A stretch of DNA of 62,750 nt, filler included, from Candidatus Fermentibacterota bacterium (GTDB lineage: Bacteria > JAFGKV01), in assembly GCA_016928395.1 (NCBI GenBank). It is 6 parts of 6 records of this genome, joined end to end, with 100 filler letters (N's around TTAATTAATTAA, not from the genome) between each part and the next. Parts side by side here need not be neighbours in the genome. Positions count along the whole stretch, not along the records: positions 20,177 to 34,333 come from JAFGKV010000093.1; positions 34,434 to 41,909 come from JAFGKV010000094.1; 4 more parts are not named here. One strand, written 5' to 3'. The position numbers and the translations under genes are program-made. The notes beneath the pieces are model-generated. The model saw only the letters and a list, made by a program, of their open reading frames with translations. It had not been told where the DNA came from and did no database searches. This document shows positions 29,593-39,059 of the stretch, one piece after another (the first letter of the stretch is position 1; every line of letters begins with the position of its first letter).

Positions 29593-30455
29593 TCGCCGAC
29601 GTGCTGGTTGGCAGAGTCCAGGACTCCCGGCCCCAGAACGCGCTCGAACAGGAGAACGTCCTCGCGGAGCTCCTCCAACAGTTTATCCTGGCCAGCCTTT
29701 CCAGGGCAGGGCTCTTCTCCCGGGCCGTCTTCCACGGCGGATCATGCCTCCGCGTTCTCTACGGGCTGAACCGGTTCTCCGAGGATCTCGACTTCCTTAC
29801 GAGGTCTTTCGATCCCGGGTTCGAATGGGCACCGTACGTGGCGCACCTCTCCCAGGATCTGGCGGACGAGGGTTTCGCGGTGGAGTGCCGGGACCGCTTG
29901 AGCGACCGCCTCGTGGTCAAGAAAGCGATGGTGAAGGTCGTGATCGAGGGCTTCTCAGCGCGGCGTGAGTTGCCGTTCCCTCGCCAGCCACGGCGCACGA
30001 TCCACATCAAGCTCGAAGTAGACGCCAATCCCCCGGGTGGATCTCTCCCTGAGACGCGCTACATCACCTTTCCGTCCATCGCATCCACCACAAGCCACAC
30101 ATTGCCATCGGGATTTGCGCTGAAATCGCACGCACTCCTCTGCCGGCCGTACACCAAGGGGAGGGACTGGTACGATTTCCTGTGGTGCGTGTCGAAGCGA
30201 GTTCGTCCCGACCTAGGACTTCTGCAGAACGCCCTTGAGCAGGAGGGACCGTGGGCGGGTACTCAGGTCGACATCACGTGGGAGTGGTATCTCGCGACGA
30301 TGCGAGAGAGGATCATGAACGTGGACTGGGATGCCGCCCGGGCCGACGTATCACGGTTCATCGTGCAGAAAGAGATTGCCAGTCTTGCCTTGTGGGGACC
30401 AGAGCTGTCTATCGCTCACCTGGACACCCTTGCGCGAATTCGTCCGGGCGCCTGA
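29589..30455 (+). CDS. Type IV TA toxin, AbiEii nucleotidyltransferase
   Basis: 'FHGGSCLRVLYGLNRFSEDLDF', 'IKLEVD', 'KGRDWYDF'; GTGA overlap with the antitoxin. Confidence 0.9.
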   Translation: MIADVLVGRVQDSRPQNALEQENVLAELLQQFILASLSRAGLFSRAVFHGGSCLRVLYGLNRFSEDLDFLTRSFDPGFEWAPYVAHLSQDLADEGFAVECRDRLSDRLVVKKAMVKVVIEGFSARRELPFPRQPRRTIHIKLEVDANPPGGSLPETRYITFPSIASTTSHTLPSGFALKSHALLCRPYTKGRDWYDFLWCVSKRVRPDLGLLQNALEQEGPWAGTQVDITWEWYLATMRERIMNVDWDAARADVSRFIVQKEIASLALWGPELSIAHLDTLARIRPGA

Positions 30456-30463
30456 TCGATCGC

Positions 30464-30700
30464 ATGCACTTGTATTGCCTCTCCGTCGACACGACGGCTA
30501 TCGGGGGGTGCCTGGTACGCAACGCGCAACCGCCAGACCGGACAAACCGGGTTCGTCGCCACTATTGATATCTCATCGCTTCCTCCCGGGGTCTACGCGG
30601 TCAAGATCGACAAGGTGATATGGCGGCGGGGCAGAACGGAACCGAAGGACGTCGAGAGCTGGGATCGAATACCCTTCGAGAAGCGGGCTCCGGGCAGACC
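30464..30700 (+). pseudogene. Gene remnant (frameshifted C-terminal fragment of an unknown protein)
   Basis: Protein-like stretch AWYATRNRQTGQTGFVATIDISSLPPGVYAVKIDK with no intact start; frameshift near the G-run at about 30505. Confidence 0.35.
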
Positions 30701-30933
30701 GGAGCAGACACGTACGGCCGTTAATCCGGACCAAGGGGCCAAAGAGAGGCGGCAGTTTCGTTGGCAGTCGCAACACCGCGTGCCGCGCGCCCGTAGCACG
30801 CCCCCGGAGCGGTCTTTGGAAAAGATGATTCCGGAGCACGCCGTTAGAACGTGCATGTAGGATACGCAATCGGCGGCCTCCCCGGCACAGTAGAGCGAAC
30901 TCCCTTGCTGGTGTCGGACGCCTGGCCGGCAGA

Positions 30934-31422
30934 CTACCGGATGCTGCTGGATTCTCCCCCGCGCGGCGTGATGCGACGGACCTGGTGGATGGGGTCAATA
31001 ACGTCGAGAAAAGGAAAGCGGTTGAAATCGCTGTCGTGGGTGTACACGGTTCTGATTCCGTGCTCCTTCATGAGGATAGCAGTGTGCGCATCGAAGACCA
31101 GATTCCCGCCGATGCCGGGCAGTTGCGCGAAGACCTCGCTGGCGACCTGTTGGTGGCGATCAGTCTCGACAAGCATCCCTATGCTGGGTGCAGCGAGTAA
31201 GGCCTGAATGAAACGCCACGCAGTCTCCAGGGTGCATGGCGTGCGGAAAACCCTGGGATGAGTGGCAACGCGCAGGAATTCGTAGATGATCCCCCATGTG
31301 ACGTACCACGGTGACGGATGCTGTCGCCACTCCAGGAGAAGCCCTCGGCACGTATCGTGCGGGGGCGCGTCGCGATCAGCCGCATAGAGCAGGATATTCG
31401 TGTCGACGACAAACACGCTCAC
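30934..31422 (-). CDS. VapC/PIN domain toxin
   Basis: 'VVDTNILLYA', 'YEFLRVATHP', 'DAHTAILMKEHG..YTHDSDF'. Confidence 0.92.
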   Translation of the reverse strand: MSVFVVDTNILLYAADRDAPPHDTCRGLLLEWRQHPSPWYVTWGIIYEFLRVATHPRVFRTPCTLETAWRFIQALLAAPSIGMLVETDRHQQVASEVFAQLPGIGGNLVFDAHTAILMKEHGIRTVYTHDSDFNRFPFLDVIDPIHQVRRITPRGGESSSIR

Positions 31423-31643
31423 CGGTCCATCACATCATAGAGCGCTTCACGGTCTGCCACGGAGACGCGAGTCCCGCCACTGCTGAACTCAGGCAGCGGT
31501 GGAAGGCCAGTATCCGGAGCGCGGTGCCGTAGGAGTGCCCGCAGCGCAGCCTCGACCATTTCAGACATGGTCCGGCCCTGGCGCGCGGCCTCCTCCTTGA
31601 GTTCTCTCATGACTGTGTCATTGATGTTGAGAGTGGTCTTCAT
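31419..31643 (-). CDS. VapB-type ribbon-helix-helix antitoxin
   Basis: 'MKTTLNINDTVMRELKEEAARQGRTMSEMVE'; overlaps the PIN gene. Confidence 0.88.
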   Translation of the reverse strand: MKTTLNINDTVMRELKEEAARQGRTMSEMVEAALRALLRHRAPDTGLPPLPEFSSGGTRVSVADREALYDVMDR

Positions 31644-31679
31644 ATGGGAAACCATACGCTATGTATGCGCATATGTCAA
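31641..31679 (-). promoter_or_regulatory. Sigma-70 promoter of vapBC, likely leaderless, with CATATG/CATAC operator-like repeats
   Basis: Minus strand TTGACA-17nt-TATGGT, 7 nt before the ATG; no RBS. Confidence 0.65.
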
Positions 31680-31941
31680 GAATCAGAAAGGACGCCAGCT
31701 CATTACGTTCCTCTTGTTGCCCCTGATCCCACTCTGCCAGTGATCTTCGTTCATCGCCGTGTGGTGAGCGGGGGTCGTCAGCGGACTCGTAGCACCGCTC
31801 GGGGGAACTTCTCCACCCTGACGGATCCAATCAGCCGTGGAAACCTGAGGCGATGCTGGCGCCGCTCGGTCGTCTGAGCGATCCTCACTGGCAATGACCT
31901 GAGAAGCCCATGCTCGAATGTGAAGTGAAGGAGGGGAGGGG

Positions 31942-32626
31942 ATGCATCAGCGAGTGCGCACCAAGTCGAAGGAGTTGCTGTCGAGGATCCTCCCTGACAG
32001 CGGGAAGCTGAGATACCTTGCCCACCTGCCCGCGCTCGAGAGCTGGAGGCGGCATCACGCATCAGGGTATCGACAGTTCCCGAGACGTTATCAGCTCTAT
32101 GATTACGTGAACTCCGAGCTGCTCGGGAACCAGTCGATCCAGTACCTGGAGTTTGGCGTGCACAAAGGCGCATCGCTGGAATACTGGGCAGGGATCAACA
32201 TGCATCCGGAATCCCGATTCTGGGGTTTCGACACGTTCGAGGGGCTTCCTGAGACGTGGAGATACTTCACCGGCCGCGTCGATCGTGGGCAGTTCGACCT
32301 GCAGGGGTGCCCTCCCCCGATCGAAGACCATAGGGTGCGTTGCGTGAAGGGGCTCTTCCAGGAGACGCTCGGGCCATTTCATCGAAGGACAGGTCGTACT
32401 CCATGCCGACGCAGATCTCTACTCGTCCACACTCTACGTCTTGACCCGGTGTAATGACATCCTGCGTCCCGGATCGGTAGTCATCTTTGACGAGTTCGCA
32501 TCGGTACTCGATGAGTTCCGGGCGCTGGAGGACTACTGCGCGGCATACATGCGGGACTATGAGGTCATCGCGGTGACCCGCACCCCAACCGACTACTTCG
32601 CCCACCTGGCCCTCAGGATGAAATGA
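31942..32626 (+). pseudogene. TylF/MycF-family O-methyltransferase, frameshifted
   Basis: 'YLEFGVHKGAS', 'GFDTFEGLPE', 'KGLFQETL'; after a frame change at about 32375 it continues 'HADADLYSSTLYVL...IFDEF'. Confidence 0.85.
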
Positions 32627-32914
32627 GAGCATTCCATTACAGACGGGGGTCGAGCCCCCTAGTGAGGGCGCGGTCTCCGGGCGGGACCAGCTTCCTTGTG
32701 TGGCCCAAGCCCGTGCCGGGTGCTGCGCACCGTTCTACGCGCGTGGCCACCTGGGGCATATCGCTTGCTCTTGCCTCTGGCCTGCGGCATGTTGGCCAGC
32801 CACAACCCCCGCCGATTCGGCCGACATAGTCACGTGATCCTGGGGAACGGAAGAATGCCAGAACCTCACTATCTGACTCGAGGTGCCGTCCACGGGCTGT
32901 CCGAGACCAGAAGG

Positions 32915-33035
32915 ATGGATGGCTGGAATCCCTTGGCAGTCGGACGCCGTGCGATCTTGCTGCTGTCACTTTCACTGATGGGCTGTGCCCGGCACCATCC
33001 CAACATCCTACTGGTCGTGTGGGACGCCGCGCGGC
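32915..33035 (+). pseudogene. Sulfatase/alkaline-phosphatase superfamily N-terminal remnant
   Basis: Lipoprotein-like signal (LMGC) then 'PNILLVVWDAAR'; homology stops immediately afterwards. Confidence 0.55.
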
Positions 33036-33245
33036 TCCTTACTCGTCCAACGATGCCTATGCAGCGGCGGAGGCAAGCCCCAATCGCGAGAACATCACAA
33101 CCCCTCCCGGACTCGCCGCCGGCGATTCACCCGCCAGCTGCCGAGGTCGATGACGGAAGTCATGAACGTCCAGTAGTCAAGGTGGTATTGCCGCCCGGGC
33201 CGATGCTCCTACCTTGAGCGATGGCGTACACAAAAGGAATGGGCA

Positions 33246-34333
33246 ATGACGGTTGAGCGATCATGGCTTCACGTGCGTTGGCTGGCGGCGCTTCTCCTGC
33301 TGGCGATTCCCCCACTCTTCCTCAACCTCGGGAGCCTCCCCATCCGGCTCTGGGACGAATCGCGGCAGGCTGTCAGCGCACTGGAAATGCTGGACGGGAG
33401 CAACCCGTTGGTACCCACCTATCTCGGCAAGCCCGATCTGTGGAACACAAAACCGCCGCTGCTGGTATGGCTTCAGGCAACCAGTCTCACTGTGTTCGGC
33501 CTCAACGAGTTCGCCATCAGACTGCCGTCGGCAGTGGCCGCGCTTGCCACGGTCGTTCTGCTTTTCGTCTTCTGCGCGAGGGCGCTTGGCAAACCTAGGC
33601 TGGGGCTGCTTGCGGGCCTGGTGCTCGTCAGCTCTCGCGGCTATGTCGGACGGCATGTCGCACGAACCGGCGATTATGACGCATTATTGACGCTCTGGAC
33701 TACCTCGTACGCGTTTGCCTTCTTTCTCTTTATCGAGGCCGCGGTCAGCCAGCGTCGCCTCTGGTATCTTGTGGCAGCCTCTGTCTGCATGGCGCTCGCG
33801 GTACTGACGAAATCCTCGTCAGGCCTCCTCATCATGCCGGGTCTGTTCATCTACGCACTACTACGACGGAGAGTAGCTACACTCGTCAGACACCGAGGTT
33901 TCTTCCCATGCCTGGCAGTGTTCCTGCTGCTGACGATCGGCTACTACGTGCTGCGAGAGCACCACAATCCGGGCTATCTATCCGCAGTCCTCAAGAACGA
34001 TGTCGGCGGAAGGTTCTTCTCCACCATCGAGCAGCACCAAGGCCCGTTCGATTTCTACTACGCGAGACTCAGGGATACGAGGTTCTCTCCCTGGCTCTAC
34101 TTCCTGCCGCTGGGGCTTTGCGCAGGCCTGTTGTCCGCTGGGTCAGGTCTTCGGCGGTTATCCCTCCACCTTTCCCTCGTAGTCTTAGCCTTCCTCCTCG
34201 TCATCTCGGCGGGACAAACGAAGCTCGAGTGGTATGACGCGCCGATCTATCCCCTGGCAGCGATCATCGTTGCGGTTGGCCTCGAAACAATCATGGCGCT
34301 CGTCCTGCGGTCGGGGACAAACCGGGGCCGCAC
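33246..34333 (+). CDS. ArnT/PMT-family (GT-C) glycosyltransferase, truncated by the gap
   Basis: 'LWDESR', 'KPPLLVWLQA', 'EFAIRLPSA', 'LAVLTK'. Confidence 0.88.
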
Positions 34334-34433
34334 NNNNNNNNNNNNNNNNNNNNNNNNNNNNNNNNNNNNNNNNNNNNTTAATTAATTAANNNNNNNNNNN
34401 NNNNNNNNNNNNNNNNNNNNNNNNNNNNNNNNN
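34334..34433. other. Assembly spacer
   Basis: N block with TTAATTAATTAA. Confidence 0.99.
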
Positions 34434-34740
34434 GCAGAGACGCCCTCCCCTACGGAGGCCTGCGAGGAACCGTTGCCTTGTAGGGGCGGAGCTCTGACTC
34501 CGCCCGTGTCGGGCCTGAAGAAGGCCCTCCTACTCTGTCCATGCACCCCCCCGTCGCCCGCCAGCCTTGGGGTCGGTAGTGCTCTCGTTGTCCTTGTCGT
34601 TACCATTGCCTTGTAGGGGCGACCGTCTCTGGTCGCCCGCGGGAGGGCGGGGGTCGGTATCGCTATCGCCATCGGAGTCGTAGCTTTGAATACGAGTACG
34701 AGCGCGAAGTTGAGGTGCACTCTCAAACGAGCCCCTCCCC
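34434..34740 (+). repeat. Mosaic intergenic element copy
   Basis: gaggaaccgttgccttgtaggggcg, gtcgggcctgaa..ggccctcctac, gtaggggcgaccgtctctggtcgccc; 34613-34733 is nearly the reverse complement of about 53915-54035. Confidence 0.85.
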
Positions 34741-34742
34741 CC

Positions 34743-34810
34743 GTCATTGCCCGACTCGTTCGGGCAATCCAGGCCGAGCTCTGGATCAACCGATCACGCC
34801 GGGTGATGAC
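34743..34810. repeat. GTCAT...ATGAC-type palindromic REP-like element
   Basis: gtcattgcccgactcgttcgggcaatccag...ctggatcaaccgatcacgccgggtgatgac: nested hairpins. Confidence 0.7.
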
Positions 34811-35088
34811 ATCCGTGCTCCTCATTCCTCCGGATCGATCTCATGCTCTGCGTGGGAACCTCTGCTCCCCTGTGAAGTTCAGCGCAGGCCGGCCTGCCGA
34901 TCGCCGAATGGCTCGGGGTCGCCATCCAAGCGCACAGCCTTGCGTCTCCTCGCTGTCGTCATGGACACGGAGCACCCCCCGATGTAACATCTTTGCCTAG
35001 GGATCCATTCACCGTCGTGCCATCCGCCGTCTCGCCCACGGGCAGCTCACTGGTGTCGCGCGGCAAAGGCCGCGGAGGGAGAGTTCTC

Positions 35089-36513
35089 ATGAGTCGACGT
35101 GTTGCGTCCTGGTTGCCGAGGCGCTGTCTCCCGGCCCTTGTGGCCGGGGTGATCATCGCGGGCCCGCAAGGCGTTTCGGCCACGAAGCCCGTATACGATC
35201 GAATGGGGGTTGAGTCAACGGGGACCATTCGAGTGTATGCCGATTACTGCGCGTTTCGCGGCGACAGTCTCGCGAGCCTCGTGGAGATATACATTCAGAC
35301 ACTTCTGGATGGCGTCACGTTCGTGACGGCGGAGGACGGCTCGGTTGATGCAGAGATCGCCTACGATGCCTTCTTGGTCGACGGGCGCGGAGAGACCGCC
35401 CTCAAGAGCTGGACGATGCCTGTTCACCTGGAGACGGCAGAGGACGCGGTCCGCCCCGGTCTTTCATTGTATGACCGGCTCGATCTGGCCGTCAAGCCGG
35501 GCGCGTATGATCTAGAGCTGAAGGTTCGCGATCTCCACGGTGCGCATACCGCGGAAATTGCCCTACCCATTTTCGCCGCCGATTTCTGGGGGCCCGCAGT
35601 CTCTTTGAGCGACCTGCAACTCGCTCGTTCAGTTACGCGATCCGATGACGACGACCTGTGGTTGAAGAACGGCTACCGGGTTCTCCCCAATCCCTCCCGC
35701 AGATACGGGGCCGCTCAGCCCACACTCTATTGTTACGCAGAGAGCTATGGATTGCGGCCGACAGGCGAGGCCGGGGAGTTCTGTACGGTGCTCTACGAGG
35801 TCGTTGACCTGGAAGGGAAACGCGTCTACCAGAAGGGGCCGTTCCTCCTGCGGCGGGTGGGGGAATCCGCCGTCTTGGTCGAAACTATCGACATTCGGGA
35901 CCTCGCGCCGGGCTACTACCGGCTCGCCGTCTCCCTGGAGGATACCAGCACCTTCTCGCCCACGATGAGTACCAAGTCCTCCGCGATGTTTGTCCGGACC
36001 GAGGATCTCTCGTCCAGCACGCCGATGGGGTTGTCCCCCGCCGAATCCACCGCCGCGGAAGTCGAACTGCGATTCGCGGCCTCACCCGCCGAGGTGCGGA
36101 AGTTCCGGGAACTCAACCCGGTCGGCAGGGCCACCTTCCTGGACCGGTTCTGGGCTGCGAAGGACCCTGACACGTCGACCCCCGAGAACGAAGCCCGTGC
36201 CCAGCTCCACGCGCGTATTGCGCAGGCTCAGGGCCAGTTCAGAGAAATGGGTCGCGACGGGATGGATACCGATCGTGGCCGTGTGTTCATCACCCATGGT
36301 CCACCCAGCGAGATCAGCAGGGTCGCCGGGGAGCTGACGTGCAAGGATCACGAAGTGTGGATGTATCACAGGGAACGGGAATACGAATTTGTCTTTTTCG
36401 ACGAGACCGGCTCGAACTCCTACCGGCTCATTCACTCCAACTACCCGGGAGAGGTGAGCCGTCCCGGATGGCCGGACATCGTCTGCGAAACGCCCAAGGT
36501 GCAAACCTTCTGA
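35089..36513 (+). CDS. GWxTD domain-containing protein
   Basis: 'FLDRFWAAKDPDTSTPENE', 'GMDTDRGRVFITHGPP', 'EVWMY'. Confidence 0.88.
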   Translation: MSRRVASWLPRRCLPALVAGVIIAGPQGVSATKPVYDRMGVESTGTIRVYADYCAFRGDSLASLVEIYIQTLLDGVTFVTAEDGSVDAEIAYDAFLVDGRGETALKSWTMPVHLETAEDAVRPGLSLYDRLDLAVKPGAYDLELKVRDLHGAHTAEIALPIFAADFWGPAVSLSDLQLARSVTRSDDDDLWLKNGYRVLPNPSRRYGAAQPTLYCYAESYGLRPTGEAGEFCTVLYEVVDLEGKRVYQKGPFLLRRVGESAVLVETIDIRDLAPGYYRLAVSLEDTSTFSPTMSTKSSAMFVRTEDLSSSTPMGLSPAESTAAEVELRFAASPAEVRKFRELNPVGRATFLDRFWAAKDPDTSTPENEARAQLHARIAQAQGQFREMGRDGMDTDRGRVFITHGPPSEISRVAGELTCKDHEVWMYHREREYEFVFFDETGSNSYRLIHSNYPGEVSRPGWPDIVCETPKVQTF

Positions 36514-36533
36514 AGTAAGAAAGGGGATGCAGT

Positions 36534-37025
36534 GTGGCCTACGACATCTACGACAAGGATGGGAAGCTCCGCATACCCAGCCCCGACGAATGGCCCATGG
36601 CCAAGGATGCCGTTCGTCACGCCGTCACCGTGGGCGAAGCCTATTGCCCCCAGGGTCATGACCTTGTCGATCGCGATCGCCTGATTGGCGACCTGCCGGG
36701 CATTCGCCTGGGGTTTCGCCGGCCCGGCGGGGAGGTCGGTGAGGTGGTGCTCAGCCCAACTCTTGGGTGTTTCGACAAGATCGTACTCTCTTCGGAGTTG
36801 GTGGAAGGGGAGGAGCTGCAGCTCTTCTGCCCACAGTGTTACACGCCCCTGCCGATCTTAAGGGAATGCCACTGCCGAGAGGGGGCAGTCGTGAACATGC
36901 TGTACTTGACCCGGGCCAATGATCCCTATGACGCCATCGCTTTCTGCAATGTCGTGGGCTGTCACAACAGCGCCCTGATCAAGTCGGGAGAGGTTATCCG
37001 CTCCGCTCGCCTGTGGGAGTGGTAG
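36534..37025 (+). CDS. Cys-rich hypothetical protein (probable zinc binder)
   Basis: CPQGH, CPQC, CHC, CNVVGC motifs; RBS upstream. Confidence 0.7.
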   Translation: MAYDIYDKDGKLRIPSPDEWPMAKDAVRHAVTVGEAYCPQGHDLVDRDRLIGDLPGIRLGFRRPGGEVGEVVLSPTLGCFDKIVLSSELVEGEELQLFCPQCYTPLPILRECHCREGAVVNMLYLTRANDPYDAIAFCNVVGCHNSALIKSGEVIRSARLWEW

Positions 37026-37109
37026 GCCGTTTGGCCACCGGGGACAGGATTCGGTCCGGGTTCCGCTTCGTTCTGTGTTCGCAGGCTGCGGTTCATGGTC
37101 GCGATCGCA

Positions 37110-37420
37110 GCTCACAGGGTTCAGGGTTCGGTGTTCAGTCAGACCTCTGAGGGCGCGGGCGCACGCAGAGTGTTCGGGGTTGAGAGTACGGTGCATCGCA
37201 TGTACCGGATGCGGGACAGAGTCCCGCCCCTTCGGTGATGATGGGCATCAACCCTCGTAGGGGCGACCGTCCCTTATCGCCCGGCGGGGGCGGGGTTCGG
37301 GGCCAGTATCACCATCGTTGTTGTTATCGTTGTCGTCATCGTGGTGGACGAGCTGGGGCAGTAGAGGAAAGCAGCAGGGCCGGCCCGCCTTCACCCCTTC
37401 ACTTCTTTACCTCTTCGCCC
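37110..37420 (+). repeat. Mosaic intergenic element copy
   Basis: GTTCAGG heptamers, core gacctctgagggcgcgggcgcac..ttcggggttgagag, gatgcgggacagagtcccgcccc, gtaggggcgacc, hexamer tract, TTCAC octamers. Confidence 0.85.
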
Positions 37421-37502
37421 CTTTGCGTAGGCTCCTTCACGCTCCCTATGCTCTTCATGGCGAACCCTCTATCCCTTCCTTCTCCCGACGTCGGAGTCTC
37501 AC

Positions 37503-38828
37503 GTGACACTTGCTGAAGCACAGCAGTTTCTTTACAGCTTCGTGAACTGGGAGAAGAAGGGCGGCCGTCCCACTGAGGCCGCGGATCTGACCCGTTTCAG
37601 GCGCCTTCTGCACACCTTGGACGATCCGCATCATCGGTTTCGGAGTGTTCTAGTCGTCGGCACGAACGGCAAGGGGTCGGTGAGCGCCATGCTGGCCTCG
37701 ATGCTGCGTGCGGGCGGTCTTCGTGTCGGGCTCTACACCAGCCCCCATCTGGTCTCAATCACCGAGCGCATTCAGGTTGAGGGGAGGCCGATATCAGACG
37801 AGGATTTCGCCGCAGGCGTGACAGACCTGAAGGGCGCGCTTGGACCCTTGCCCGGCGACGCATGGGGCTACAGGACAACCTTTGAGCTTCTCACCGCGTT
37901 GGCATTTCGGACCTTTGCGGCGTCGGGGGTCGATGTCGCCGTGGTTGAGGCCGGTCTGGGAGCTCGGCTGGATGCCACGGCAGTGGTGGATCCTGTCTTG
38001 AGCATCATTACGCCGATACACCTGGATCATACAGCTACTTTGGGGCGAACGCTCCGGGAGATCGCCCGCGACAAGGCGGGAGTTATTCGCCCGGAAGTTG
38101 GGCTGGTCACCGCCCCCCAAACGGCGCCGGTGCGGGCGGTCATCCGTGAAGAAGCGGAGGCTGTCGGTCCTGCTCAGTGGATTCGCGTGGGAGTTGACAC
38201 GTCACACCGTTGGTGGCGCGCGGGTGATGGGTACTGCGGCGCGGTGTTCAGTGGCCGCAGCGGCCGTGTCGAGATGGAGAGGTTGCCCCTTCGTGGAGCT
38301 CACCAGGTGGTCAATGCCGCGGCCGCCGTCGCGGCGGCCCGGATGGTCATGCCTGACGCACACCCCGGTATCCTGGCGAAAGGCCTGGCGCGGACCTGCT
38401 GGCCGGGGAGGATGGAGGTGGTGCCTGGATCCCCGCCACTACTCCTTGACGGCGCTCACAATCCGCACGGTGCAAGGACGCTCGCGAGGTTTCTCGGCGA
38501 CTGGGATAGAGGTGGGCATGGCATCTGCACGATTCTTGCGGCAATCAGCATGGGCAAGGATGTGCGCGGCGTGCTCGAGCCGCTGAGGAGCCGCTCCGCC
38601 TCGCTGGTCGCCTGCCGTGTCGATGAGCAGCGCGGAGTCGCTGCAGAAGAAATCGTGCGATGCGCGTCGGCCCTTGGGTTTAGCGTCACGGCCACGGATC
38701 TTCCCGATGCACTGCAATGCGCACGCGCGAGAGCCGATTCGGACGGCCTCGTGGTTGTCTGCGGCAGCCTCTACCTCGTGGGGGCTATTGCCGCCGAAAC
38801 GGGGGTCTCGCACCGGTGGTGGGGGTAA
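37503..38828 (+). CDS. folC: Folylpolyglutamate synthase/dihydrofolate synthase
   Basis: 'GTNGKGS', 'YTSPHL', 'VEAGLGARLDAT', 'WPGRME', 'DGAHNP', 'CGSLYLVG'. Confidence 0.95.
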   Translation: MTLAEAQQFLYSFVNWEKKGGRPTEAADLTRFRRLLHTLDDPHHRFRSVLVVGTNGKGSVSAMLASMLRAGGLRVGLYTSPHLVSITERIQVEGRPISDEDFAAGVTDLKGALGPLPGDAWGYRTTFELLTALAFRTFAASGVDVAVVEAGLGARLDATAVVDPVLSIITPIHLDHTATLGRTLREIARDKAGVIRPEVGLVTAPQTAPVRAVIREEAEAVGPAQWIRVGVDTSHRWWRAGDGYCGAVFSGRSGRVEMERLPLRGAHQVVNAAAAVAAARMVMPDAHPGILAKGLARTCWPGRMEVVPGSPPLLLDGAHNPHGARTLARFLGDWDRGGHGICTILAAISMGKDVRGVLEPLRSRSASLVACRVDEQRGVAAEEIVRCASALGFSVTATDLPDALQCARARADSDGLVVVCGSLYLVGAIAAETGVSHRWWG

Positions 38829-38845
38829 GGGTTTCGTACCGGCAT

Positions 38846-38861
38846 GGGCACGGTTCATGCT
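38846..38861 (+). promoter_or_regulatory. Putative sigma-54 (-24/-12) promoter
   Basis: GGGCACGGTTCATGCT: GG-N10-GC. Confidence 0.5.
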
Positions 38862-39059
38862 ACAGTTTGGGCCACGGTTCTGCGGATCGGACGGATGAGG
38901 GATCGCCTGCAGCGACATCGTGCGCTTTTTGTTGACGATGCACGGCTGATCTGTTATCCTTCCGTTCGCAGGTCATTGTACCCGCTAAAGTCGGGTGAAA
39001 CAGAACAGCACACCCTGCGACCATTAAGGCCAGGAACCGTAGAAAAGGAGGGTGCGACG

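Noticed and set aside
32360..32400. Programmed frameshift in the TylF-like gene
   Set aside because: No slippery heptamer; a small deletion amid other gene debris is the simpler explanation.
28200..32700. TA genes as integron cassettes
   Set aside because: No attC-like palindromes found between them, and orientations are mixed.
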